Source: Acaryochloris thomasi RCC1774 | GTDB taxonomy: Bacteria > Cyanobacteriota > Cyanobacteriia > Thermosynechococcales > Thermosynechococcaceae | NCBI RefSeq assembly: GCF_003231495.1 | Contig: NZ_PQWO01000009.1 | Location: 180,001-212,000, forward strand | Reading direction: 5' to 3' | DNA length: 32,000 bases | Shown: piece after piece, positions 18,901 to 25,915 of the stretch | How positions within the stretch are numbered: position 1 is the first letter of the stretch | How the letters are laid out: each line of letters begins with the position of its first letter | The notes under the pieces: generated by a model | The model's input: only the letters and a program-made list of their open reading frames with translations | What the model was told of the DNA's origin: nothing | Database searches by the model: none | Made by a program: the position numbers and the translations under genes

Positions 18901-19327
18901 GATAAACGCCCTTATCAAGGATACTTTGGCATAAACGCAGCGCAGCTCGGGTTGCATAGCGTCCGGCGTCTTCATTTTGGTACTCAATGGCAACCTGATA
19001 AGCGTCAGGAGAAGCTGTCTCGCAAGTACAGCCAAACGCCACTGGCATATCGGCCAATACCTGAAGTTCTAAAGCGACGTGCTTCAAAATATGCCCCATC
19101 ATGGAGCCTTGTAGTTCCTGATCTAGAGATGCTCCTCGATATTCTGGGGCATAAAGTTTTTGTTTCAGGCTGGGTAAAGTCTGCGTGAGACCATCCAAAA
19201 AGCCTGGAAGAGTATTAGAGGGACCATCGGAAACATCCTCCAAATCCAGCAGCACAACGATGAGCTTTGAGCAGCTAACGCTCCAATAGTTTGGACCTCG
19301 AAGCGTCTGAGTTTGAAGGATTTTCAT
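15932..19327 (-). CDS. Cyanophycin synthetase paralogue with an intact N domain and ATP-grasp (G) domain, a degenerate Mur-ligase (M) domain, and a novel C-terminal extension of about 410 aa
   Basis: From MKILQTQTLRGPNYWS (ATG at 19325-19327) the protein aligns colinearly with the CphA1 at 26107..28797 through ...VTVEQIRAALQTYRSF. Conservation in the G domain is very high (for example GVELACDKERTKEILT.MGAPVPLGKVIYAF; GVIVEVNAAPGLRMH). M-domain motifs are lost: GTNGKTTT becomes AETGGSET, ETARGG becomes ETSHSS, NVAADHLG becomes NVPSDQSP. The TPGR/DYAHNP/GGPGDRRD lobe is absent. It is replaced by an acidic/Ser-rich linker, a heptad-like region (EQKKSSLIRTQIETIQSEVSAAEKTAERARQELAALSEAIKQ), a hydrophobic segment (VLDIGGTVVAISFVFTRIAA) and a basic terminal domain. 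The 39 upstream codons in the ORF track are probably not translated. Confidence 0.88.
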   Translation of the reverse strand: MKILQTQTLRGPNYWSVSCSKLIVVLLDLEDVSDGPSNTLPGFLDGLTQTLPSLKQKLYAPEYRGASLDQELQGSMMGHILKHVALELQVLADMPVAFGCTCETASPDAYQVAIEYQNEDAGRYATRAALRLCQSILDKGVYPKSELQIDLDDLRNLRSEAAQGASTEALIQEAENRGIPWTHLETCDLFQFGSGKHQKRIQAALTSHSNVLGVELACDKERTKEILTSMGAPVPLGKVIYAFRDLEEAIDDLGGYPIVVKPLDGNQGRGITIDIRSWRQAEFAYDRAKDISDGVIVEHFYQGRDHRILVVNHKVVAVAERVPAHIVGNGQSTIFDLVELENKDARRGEGHDTPLTKIKLDNATDEMLSRQGFTLDTVLQPDQICYLRANANLSTGGTAIDRTDEIHPDTLWLAERASRIIDLDIVGIDVITTDITQPLKDVDGVIVEVNAAPGLRMHMAPSEGVARNVAAPILDMLFPAGAPTQIPVVAVAETGGSETPTPLISHILGQVKDSVGYTTADGAFIGQYPVKKGRATDAQSAQIILQDPTVDMAVLETSHSSILRSGLGFSHCDVGVVLNVPSDQSPCTLDHRARALSVISGAVHADGYAVLNADDERVVTMAEQVQGQVAYFSMDPENLVLRSHLQQGGIAAVYEQGYLSILQQDEVKRIEKVAHLPLTVRGCSPAAIASALAASLTAYVQGVTVEQIRAALQTYRSFDQKPSEPADFFDDDSQPNVPKRYINLKDVVLTTSKEPLPLLCDASAAQQVRELCQEYPAFRYAPSNPQLLVQVQKPTQLNGFKFWGTFTATDSLAVEPRASDAESRTEIVSEKEQQRKESAIAHENLDLESDLSTEDSQLSDQNDPTNLWVQFKNGLKPQTVLQNYISQASAVVAAPERTTVAPALAVSEELDSPEAQTNLEQKKSSLIRTQIETIQSEVSAAEKTAERARQELAALSEAIKQHDIKAWEAQQEVKIRRWTKEKAPVAKQVAEQVLDIGGTVVAISFVFTRIAAKMTFEMGRELGAIAREKPEKTVPSVDSNTLDPALKDVINILGKNGRFEGEVFIFQQTNRGVDVHLKNGTPVYTNRKLNPDVKTRFVHRLSKIHKRVVRVRADIEQKLTVQDYQKRLIEN

Positions 19328-19580
19328 AGTGATAGATGAGTTTCTAATGATGCTACATAGGCCGTTCAAGCCTGGGCTTTGATAAACCGACAGGACTTCA
19401 ATATAGGCTGAAAGATTTGAACCCTGAAGTTCACCGGGATACAAAACTCAACAATTATGTCGTTTTTATGACATCTTTATGAGTGATTGCTGCTGTTTGC
19501 GATCGCAAATGAGACTAACCCTGAACGAAGCGAACAAAACCGGGAAAGGCTCCAAACTCATTTCAGATCAGTGAAGCTAT

Positions 19581-22500
19581 CTACTCTATGCCCTCAATCG
19601 GAGCAAAGCCCTGTCGCTGAATATTCTCTGTAACAGTACGGGGATCAAGAAACTGTAGTAAATAATCTGGCCCCCCAGCTTTAGAGCCAACCCCTGAAAG
19701 CTTATATCCCCCAAAGGGTTGCCGAGCGACGATCGCACCTGTAATGCTGCGATTGATGTATAAATTCCCTACTTCAAACTCCGTTTTGGCTTGTTCAATA
19801 TGGGATGGGGTGCGAGAGTACAGTCCACCCGTGAGCGCGAAGTTCGTGTTGTTTGCGATCGCAACTCCCTCTTCAAAACTCTGCGCCTTAATCACTGACA
19901 GAACCGGACCAAAAATTTCTTCCTGAGCCAGCGAACTGTGCGGATCAACCTCAGTAAAAATCACTGGCCCCACAAAGTAACCCGTCTCAGGCGCAGGCAA
20001 TTGCAAAGCCAGATTAGCTTCCGTCTTACCCTTATCAATCGTTTCACGAATTCGCTGCTGGGCTGCTTCATCAATCACGGGGCCAACCTTGGTCCCCGGA
20101 TCGGCGGCAATGCCAACATTCAGCGATTTTGTCGCTTCAACTAGCCGCGCCACAAACGCGTCGTAGACGGATGCTAGAACGACTACCCGAGAGCAAGCTG
20201 AACACTTTTGGCCGCTATAGCCAAAGGCGGAATACACAACTCCCTGGACCGCCTGGTCTAAATCAGCACTTTCATCAACGATTATGGCGTTTTTACCCCC
20301 CATTTCAGCTACCACACGCTTCAAATGCCTTTGACCGGGCTGCAGAACAGCAGCGTTGGCGTAGATTTCGCACCCCACTTCTTGAGAACCCGTAAACACA
20401 ATCATCTGGACTGCGGGATGTTTGACGAGGTGAGCGCCTACGGTGGAACCGCTACCTGGAACGTATTGAAATACCCCTTTAGGTATCCCGGCTTCCACAA
20501 GAATTTCGCTAAGTTTAGCCGCGATCACAGAGGTTACAGCGGCAGGCTTTAGCAAAACACAGTTTCCGGTGACTAGGGCCGCAACCGTCATCCCTGTAGG
20601 GATCGCAAGCGGAAAGTTCCAGGGGGAAATCACCAGCACAATGCCCTTGGGACGGTAGAAGTAGCGATCGCTCTCCCCGGCCACATCGTAGATAATCTTA
20701 GGATCCAAACGCTCCATCTCTGCTGCGTAGTATCGACAGAAATCTACAGCCTCTGAGACTTCTACATCGGCTTGCTGGAGAGGCTTGCCTGCTTCAAACA
20801 CCATCCAGGCATTGAGTTCATGACGACGCGCTTCAAGTAGATTTGCGGCCCGTCGCAGGATGTCGGCCCGCTCTTTCGCTGATGTGCGTTTCCAAGTTTG
20901 GAAAGCGGCTTTTGCGGCTGCGATCGCATCCTCTGCCTGAGCAATATTAATCTGCCCGACAGTCCCCACAATTTCTGTCGGATTAGATGGATTAACGGAT
21001 TGAACCTTCTTCTCTGTCTGCACCCGTTCTCCATCAATTAGCGGCCAATATTGTTGACCTAACTGTTGTTTGACGGCAGTGAGGGCAGATTCGGCTTGGG
21101 TTCGGTGGGTTGCGATCGCAAAATTAGTATCTGCAGAAGGATCAATCTGAGTCGCGGTCGTCGTCACGGGCATAGGCGTCGGTTCCACTTCGCTACCGTC
21201 CTGATCGCCCTCTCTCCACTGAGGCGCTGCTAACAGTTCTTCAATCGGAGTCTCGGTTAAACTTTGCCGCAGAAAAGAGCTATTGGCAGTGTTCTCTAGC
21301 AATCGTCGAATCAGATAGGCCATCCCTGGAATCAAAGCGCCGTAGGGACAGTAGACTCGTACTCGATGCCCCTGTTTTGCTAACGCTGCTGCTAGGTTGT
21401 CGGCCATACCGTACAAGACTTGAAATTCAATGTGTCGCTGCGGAATATTGAGGGTTTGAGCAATTGAGATCGCATGGGCCTGAGACCGAACATTGTGGCT
21501 ACCGATGGCGGCGTACAGATGCTCATGATTTTCTAAGAGCAACTGTGTCATGCGCTCAAAATTGGCGTCCGTGGAAGACTTGTGATTATAGACGGGCGTG
21601 GGCCAATGATTCTGGCGAGCAATGATGGTCTCTTGATCCCAGTAGGCTCCTTTGATCAGCCGCACCGTGATCGGTTTGCCCCGCTGTTTCGCCCATTCAA
21701 TCAGATCCTTCAAATCACCGTAGCTATCCCGGAGATAGGCTTGGAGTGTGATGCCGATGTTGTTGCGATCGCAAAACTCTTCCTCCATTAACAAAGACTT
21801 TAACGTCGCTAGCGTGGCATCTTTATAGCGGTACTGTTCCATATCAAAATGAACATCGGCACCCACTTCCTGCGCTCGACGGAGGAGAATGCGGATGCGA
21901 TCGCACACCGTTGTCTGAGACCCCTCTACATCTAACGGATCAAACTGAGAGTAAAACGCTGTCAACTTTAACGTCACCTGGACCTTAGCTAAATCATCCC
22001 CGTCAGCAGCGTCAATCTGGGGTACCGAAGACCACCGCCGAGAAACCTCTGTAAGCTGTCCCATTAACGCTAGATATTGATCGAGATAAGACTGAGCTTC
22101 TTTTTCCGTGATCACTGCCTCGCCTAAAACATCGATAGCGAAGGTCATCGATTGTTTACGGAGACGATTAATGGTCTTGAGAACCTGCTTCAGCGTTTCG
22201 CCTGCGATATATTTTTGTGCCAGGGTTGCAACTGAGGTGGACAGAGTCGTCGCCGCAACTTGTCCCGGTATTGAATCGGAAGCCGTGAAGTTAAGCAGCC
22301 GTTTCAACGCTTCCGGTAGTTCTACATCAGGAACGCTCAGATACTCCTGAAGATGACGGGCCATTTCAGCTTTGGTGGTCAAAGACGGCAAACAATCGAT
22401 CAGACGAAAGAGCTGCACCCGCAAACTGGGGTTGTCCATTGTCCAATTGAGCAGCTTATCGTCCCACCGGAATTGGTCTTGTATTTTAGCGAGGAGCGAT

Positions 22501-22604
22501 CGCTTTTCTGCGGTCTGCGCCAACAGCTCCCGCGCAATGGCCTGGGTCTTTTCTTCATAGAGAGGCGGAGTCGTAAGTTCAGAACGAGACGGATTCACAG
22601 TCAT
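19581..22604 (-). CDS. putA: Bifunctional proline dehydrogenase / delta-1-pyrroline-5-carboxylate dehydrogenase
   Basis: About 1007 aa. The N-terminal PRODH region reads FDMEQY...LQAYLRDS...VRLIKGAYWDQE...GSHN. The C-terminal ALDH has the catalytic Glu (VAEMGGKNAIIVD) and Cys (GYSGQKCSACSRVVV). The ORF track starts at a TTG (22625); the ATG at 22604 (MTVNPS) is more likely. Confidence 0.9.
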   Translation of the reverse strand: MTVNPSRSELTTPPLYEEKTQAIARELLAQTAEKRSLLAKIQDQFRWDDKLLNWTMDNPSLRVQLFRLIDCLPSLTTKAEMARHLQEYLSVPDVELPEALKRLLNFTASDSIPGQVAATTLSTSVATLAQKYIAGETLKQVLKTINRLRKQSMTFAIDVLGEAVITEKEAQSYLDQYLALMGQLTEVSRRWSSVPQIDAADGDDLAKVQVTLKLTAFYSQFDPLDVEGSQTTVCDRIRILLRRAQEVGADVHFDMEQYRYKDATLATLKSLLMEEEFCDRNNIGITLQAYLRDSYGDLKDLIEWAKQRGKPITVRLIKGAYWDQETIIARQNHWPTPVYNHKSSTDANFERMTQLLLENHEHLYAAIGSHNVRSQAHAISIAQTLNIPQRHIEFQVLYGMADNLAAALAKQGHRVRVYCPYGALIPGMAYLIRRLLENTANSSFLRQSLTETPIEELLAAPQWREGDQDGSEVEPTPMPVTTTATQIDPSADTNFAIATHRTQAESALTAVKQQLGQQYWPLIDGERVQTEKKVQSVNPSNPTEIVGTVGQINIAQAEDAIAAAKAAFQTWKRTSAKERADILRRAANLLEARRHELNAWMVFEAGKPLQQADVEVSEAVDFCRYYAAEMERLDPKIIYDVAGESDRYFYRPKGIVLVISPWNFPLAIPTGMTVAALVTGNCVLLKPAAVTSVIAAKLSEILVEAGIPKGVFQYVPGSGSTVGAHLVKHPAVQMIVFTGSQEVGCEIYANAAVLQPGQRHLKRVVAEMGGKNAIIVDESADLDQAVQGVVYSAFGYSGQKCSACSRVVVLASVYDAFVARLVEATKSLNVGIAADPGTKVGPVIDEAAQQRIRETIDKGKTEANLALQLPAPETGYFVGPVIFTEVDPHSSLAQEEIFGPVLSVIKAQSFEEGVAIANNTNFALTGGLYSRTPSHIEQAKTEFEVGNLYINRSITGAIVARQPFGGYKLSGVGSKAGGPDYLLQFLDPRTVTENIQRQGFAPIEGIE

Positions 22605-22753
22605 CAAACAACCTGCTTCATACAAACCTAGACAATCTTCGACAAACAGGTCGATATTTAATTGGTGTTTTAGAACTGGAGTGCCCCTCCAGCTTCATAT
22701 CAATCTTAATAACTGAAAAGGTATCCCGCACTCAGTCACGCCGTGTCTGCTGA

Positions 22754-23878
22754 TTAAATATCTAGGGGGCTACGAACGCTCAAAGTACCTTGATTGAGAA
22801 CATGGGTATAAATCATCGTGGTTTTTACGTCTTTGTGCCCTAATAAGTAGATAGGCTCAATTGACTTGAAGATTCCTGATTAATTTCAATATCGTTGCAT
22901 TGGCCCTCACCCCCAGCCCCCCTCTCCCAATGTTGGGAGAGGGGGGCTGGGGGTGAGGGCCATGTAGAGCATTTGCTAATATCTGATCTTTAACTTGATT
23001 CTGCCTCGCCACTTAGCTCCTGAACGGTACGAATGTCATAGCCGTTTTGCCGCAAATGAGTCGCAAAGCTATGGCGAAGCGTGTGACAGCTTACTTTCTT
23101 AGCTATTTGAGCTTGGTGGGCTGCTTTCTTGAGCGAGTGCTGCAGAAAACCATCGCCTAAACGATGTCGCTGTTCTCTACCACTGCGAGGATCGGTGCTG
23201 CGCCGTTGAGCCGGAAAAACATATTGCCAAATCCATTCTTGTTCTGCGTTGGGATATTTGCGATCAAGGGCGTGGGGTAACGGTGCTATATCCTTGAGCT
23301 AGCTCATCTTGCTGCAGTTGCTTAACGTAGACGAGATGGGCCTGTAGGAGTTCAATGAGACTTTGTGGAAGAACGGTGATTCGGTCTTTATTACCTTTGG
23401 CATTCCGCACCATCACTTGAGACTGACCAAAATCAAGATCTTTCACTCGCTAGGCGTAGCCCTTCTTTGACCCGCATCTCAGCTTAGCCAAGAGCTGTTG
23501 AATCCCCTCTAGTGCCTGCAATAAACGCTGAAACTCATCGGCCGTCAACACTGTAGGTAAATGCTTGGACTGTCTGGCCCGAACTACATCAATAGATTCG
23601 GCTAAAGGCTGTTTCAGTACCTGCCGATAGAGAACCAGCAAGGCACTGAGCGCTTGATTTTGGGTGGATGCTGCCACATCTCCGTTAACGGCTAAATGGG
23701 TGAAGAATGCCTTTACTTCGGCCTCGCCCATTTCTTGGGGATGCCGTTTATGGTGAAACAGAATAAAGCGCCGGATCCACCAAACATAAGTTTTTTCTGT
23801 GCGATGGGCATAGTGCTTGACTCGCAGTGCATCGCGCACCTGATCAAGCAGCTTTCTGGGCTTGGTGAGTTCTTCCAT
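22754..23878 (-). pseudogene. intI: Integron-type tyrosine recombinase (IntI-like) pseudogene, disrupted by frameshifts, an in-frame stop and a MITE insertion
   Basis: N-terminus: LDQVRDALRVKHYAHRTEKTYVWWIRRFILFHHKRHPQEMGEAEVKAFFTHLAVNGDVAASTQNQALSALLVLYRQVL. A stop and frame changes occur around 23445-23490 (the GMRVKEGLRL stretch sits in another frame). VKDLDFGQSQVMVRNAKGNKDRITVLPQSL follows. A frameshift occurs near 23283. Next comes [41 protein letters not shown], which is the IntI-specific extra domain, then [14 protein letters not shown]...[10 protein letters not shown]. The MITE interrupts at this point. The frame resumes after it with [29 protein letters not shown] and a stop. Confidence 0.85.
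22846..23013 (-). mobile_element. MITE copy B (168 bp), inserted in the intI pseudogene with a TA target-site duplication
   Basis: Flanked by TA at 22844-22845 and 23014-23015. Removing the element plus one TA restores gtt cag gag cta tta ggg cac, which reads VQELLGH. That is exactly the conserved recombinase box II junction. The centre is a 29-bp perfect inverted repeat (22902..22961, GGCCCTCACCCCCAGCCCCCCTCTCCCAA tg TTGGGAGAGGGGGGCTGGGGGTGAGGGCC). Confidence 0.85.
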
Positions 23879-24168
23879 ATGAGCTGGATAATAGCTATGG
23901 GAGGAAATTTATATAGATGAATGCAGTCTAAATCGCTACCACTTCCTAGGCAAAAGCTTCTAAAACTCCTATGGAATGATGCATATAGCGATTTCAGGAT
24001 TGGTTTCTATATTTAAACCTTACAAGATATGTATTCGTGAAGACTCAGGTGTTACTCTTCTACAAAAGCTGCCAAATTTAGACTTTAGCAGTTAATGACT
24101 CTAAATAAGCAAGCTTTTTAGTCCGCGAACTGCAGACTAAATATAGTCAGACCTTTGATATTGACATC

Positions 24169-24546
24169 ATGGATTTTGATAAATTTTCAATTAGTGAGTT
24201 TCAAAGGCGAGGTCTTAACAGTACTTCTTCTCGTAAGCTAGCAGATGAACTTGAGGAAGCTGCATTGCAAGAGATTCATAGTGTTCTAATGCCGACGATG
24301 AATAAAATCATTGATGAGCTTAATAAACGTGGGCACCAACTGACATTTTATGAAGATCCGATACCAGGAGATATTTCATATAGACACAAAGATGGTGATG
24401 GAGAGATGGGGTTAAGAATTGCTGTTGACACTATCATTTCAACTGGATATTCTCACCTATATGACAACAATCAATCAGATGAAGAGATAATTGAAGAAGT
24501 GGTTGATAATTTATGTAAGCTTATCGAGCCGACAGATCTAATTTGA
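24169..24546 (+). CDS. Hypothetical acidic protein (integron cassette ORF 1)
   Basis: 125-aa ORF, AT-rich, with no HIP1 and no motif that I recognise. It is the first ORF downstream of, and divergent from, the intI pseudogene, and an attC-like site follows it. Confidence 0.55.
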   Translation: MDFDKFSISEFQRRGLNSTSSRKLADELEEAALQEIHSVLMPTMNKIIDELNKRGHQLTFYEDPIPGDISYRHKDGDGEMGLRIAVDTIISTGYSHLYDNNQSDEEIIEEVVDNLCKLIEPTDLI

Positions 24547-24590
24547 GAGTTTTTTTCGATTATCACAAAATCCATACTTTCTGAGCTATG

Positions 24591-24683
24591 GTTTAACTAG
24601 ACCATACAGCGGGACGCTCGAAATACCCTATTACTCAACGCTTTAAATTAATTCTCGCGCCCCTGATGGGGTAGCCGTTAGGC
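24591..24683 (+). other. attC-like recombination site 1 (93 bp)
   Basis: Bounded by GTTTAAC (fits RYYYAAC) and GTTAGGC (fits GTTRRRY). The internal arms are imperfectly complementary with unpaired bases (ACCATACAGCGGGACGCTCGAA versus the reverse complement ACCCCATCAGGGGCGCGAGAA). The next ORF starts 8 nt after the GTTAGGC. Confidence 0.5.
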
Positions 24684-24690
24684 ATATGCC

Positions 24691-25236
24691 ATGAATTTCG
24701 AAACGCAGATCGAAAAATGGGTTTCTGAGGACAGCTCAAGAATTCATGCTCTAGAGATAGCCTCCGAACTTAAACTCAACGATTGGTGTCTGGCTGCGGG
24801 GTTCGTAAGAAACATGGTTTGGGATAAACTCCATGATCGCCATTTCCCAACACCGCTCAATGACATCGATTTAATCTACTTCAATCGTGAAGAATCTTCG
24901 TTGGAAACCGACCAGGACTTGGAATCCATTCTTAAGACTAAATTGAACAAGCCTTGGTCTGTGAAAAACCAAGCGCGAATGCATCTAAGAAATAAAGATG
25001 CGTCATATACATCGACGGAAGATGCAATGAGTTATTGGGTTGAGGTGGAAACTGCAATTGGAGTCAGGTTAAGCCCTACGGACGGTCTGGAACTTGTTGC
25101 ACCATTCGGACTTTCATCGCTGTTTTCAAGTACCGTTACCATTAACGATAAGCGCAGAAAGCCAAAAGAATTTTATGAGCGAGTCCGTTCAAAGAAGTGG
25201 CTGCAAACGTGGCCGAAGTTGAAAATATATGCCTAA
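24691..25236 (+). CDS. Nucleotidyltransferase-family protein (PF06042/DUF925-like); integron cassette ORF 2
   Basis: 181 aa. LAAGFVRNMVWDKLH...PLNDIDLIYF...WSVKNQARMH matches my memory of the NTP_transf_6 family. The stop codon lies inside the next attC-like site. Confidence 0.7.
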   Translation: MNFETQIEKWVSEDSSRIHALEIASELKLNDWCLAAGFVRNMVWDKLHDRHFPTPLNDIDLIYFNREESSLETDQDLESILKTKLNKPWSVKNQARMHLRNKDASYTSTEDAMSYWVEVETAIGVRLSPTDGLELVAPFGLSSLFSSTVTINDKRRKPKEFYERVRSKKWLQTWPKLKIYA

Positions 25237-25281
25237 AAAGTCGCTGCAACGGACCCTTGCACGCTGAGCTAAGCGTTAGGC
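25231..25281 (+). other. attC-like recombination site 2 (51 bp)
   Basis: GCCTAAA...GTTAGGC. The outer boxes are complementary in 6 of 7 positions. The inner arm AGTCGCTGCAA pairs with TTGCACGCTGAGCT if three bases are extrahelical (AG[C]TC[A]GC[G]TGCAA on the complement). The unpaired bases sit on the 3' arm, which is atypical. The site is shorter than most attC sites. Confidence 0.5.
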
Positions 25282-25407
25282 TACTTTAATCGTCGGGAGG
25301 ACAGTCTGAAAGCTAGTTATGGTGGAGCAGAGTCGGGTTATAGTGTGCGTTGAATATTTGCAGTCTAGCTACGTGTAAGCACTACATAGATCTTCAGAGG
25401 AGTTTTC

Positions 25408-25803
25408 ATGCTTCAAGGTAAAATTGTGCGTGTTGCTCGCCCAACTGACCAATTAGAGGAAGTCGTCAAATTCTACACAGAAGGTCTAGGGTTTCAAATT
25501 CTCGATCATTTTGAGAATCATGAAGGATTTGATGGTGTAATGCTTGGAATACCAGGAGAACCTTACCATTTTGAGTTTACACAGCAGCAAGAACACAGTG
25601 TTGGTCGTGCTCCAACGCAAGACAACCTGATTGTTTTTTACTTTCCAGATCAACAAGAGTGGCAATGTGCCGTTGATCAAATAAAAGTGAGTGGATATAA
25701 GCCTATACAGTCTTATAACCCTTATTGGGATAGAAGTGGAGTAACCTTTGAAGATCCAGATGGATACCGTATCGTCTTACAAAATGCTACTTGGGAGACA
25801 TAA
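25408..25803 (+). CDS. VOC-family protein (glyoxalase / bleomycin-resistance / dioxygenase fold); integron cassette ORF 3
   Basis: 131 aa. VARPTDQLEEVVKFYTEGLGFQILDHFENHEGFDGVMLG...HFEFTQ...TFEDPDGYRIVL is a typical VOC beta-alpha-beta-beta-beta pattern. GAGGAG lies 7 nt upstream of the ATG. Confidence 0.75.
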   Translation: MLQGKIVRVARPTDQLEEVVKFYTEGLGFQILDHFENHEGFDGVMLGIPGEPYHFEFTQQQEHSVGRAPTQDNLIVFYFPDQQEWQCAVDQIKVSGYKPIQSYNPYWDRSGVTFEDPDGYRIVLQNATWET

Positions 25804-25915
25804 CGTGTTGGGCCAGCACCCAACAGCACCGTGCAAAGGATGCTTGAAACACACTTCTCGTTGGACATTTTTTATTCTGCTCACGCCCGTGCAGTGATCG
25901 GGGGTTGTGACAATT

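Noticed and set aside
17610-19188. Antisense and alternative-frame ORFs inside the cphA-like gene (17610..18095 minus, 18622..19188 plus), with similar ones inside cphA1 (27577..27969), putA and agrE
   Set aside because: These are shadow ORFs within strongly supported long genes. They have Arg/Gly/Ser/Cys-rich, low-complexity translations with no motifs.
19328-19444. 39-codon N-terminal extension of the cphA-like ORF (MYPGELQGSNLS...)
   Set aside because: The paralogue CphA1 and CphA proteins in general begin at MKILQTQTLRGPNYWS. The extension shows no similarity to anything, so the ATG at 19325-19327 is taken as the start.
25798-25866. Third attC-like site after the VOC cassette (ACATAAC ... 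GTTGGAC)
   Set aside because: The right box fits GTTRRRY and the stop codon sits in the left box. However, the outer boxes pair only through AAC and the inner arms match poorly (about 9 of 14). The local hairpin GTGTTGGG-ccagca-CCCAACAgCAC is self-contained rather than attC-like. I leave it as unproven.
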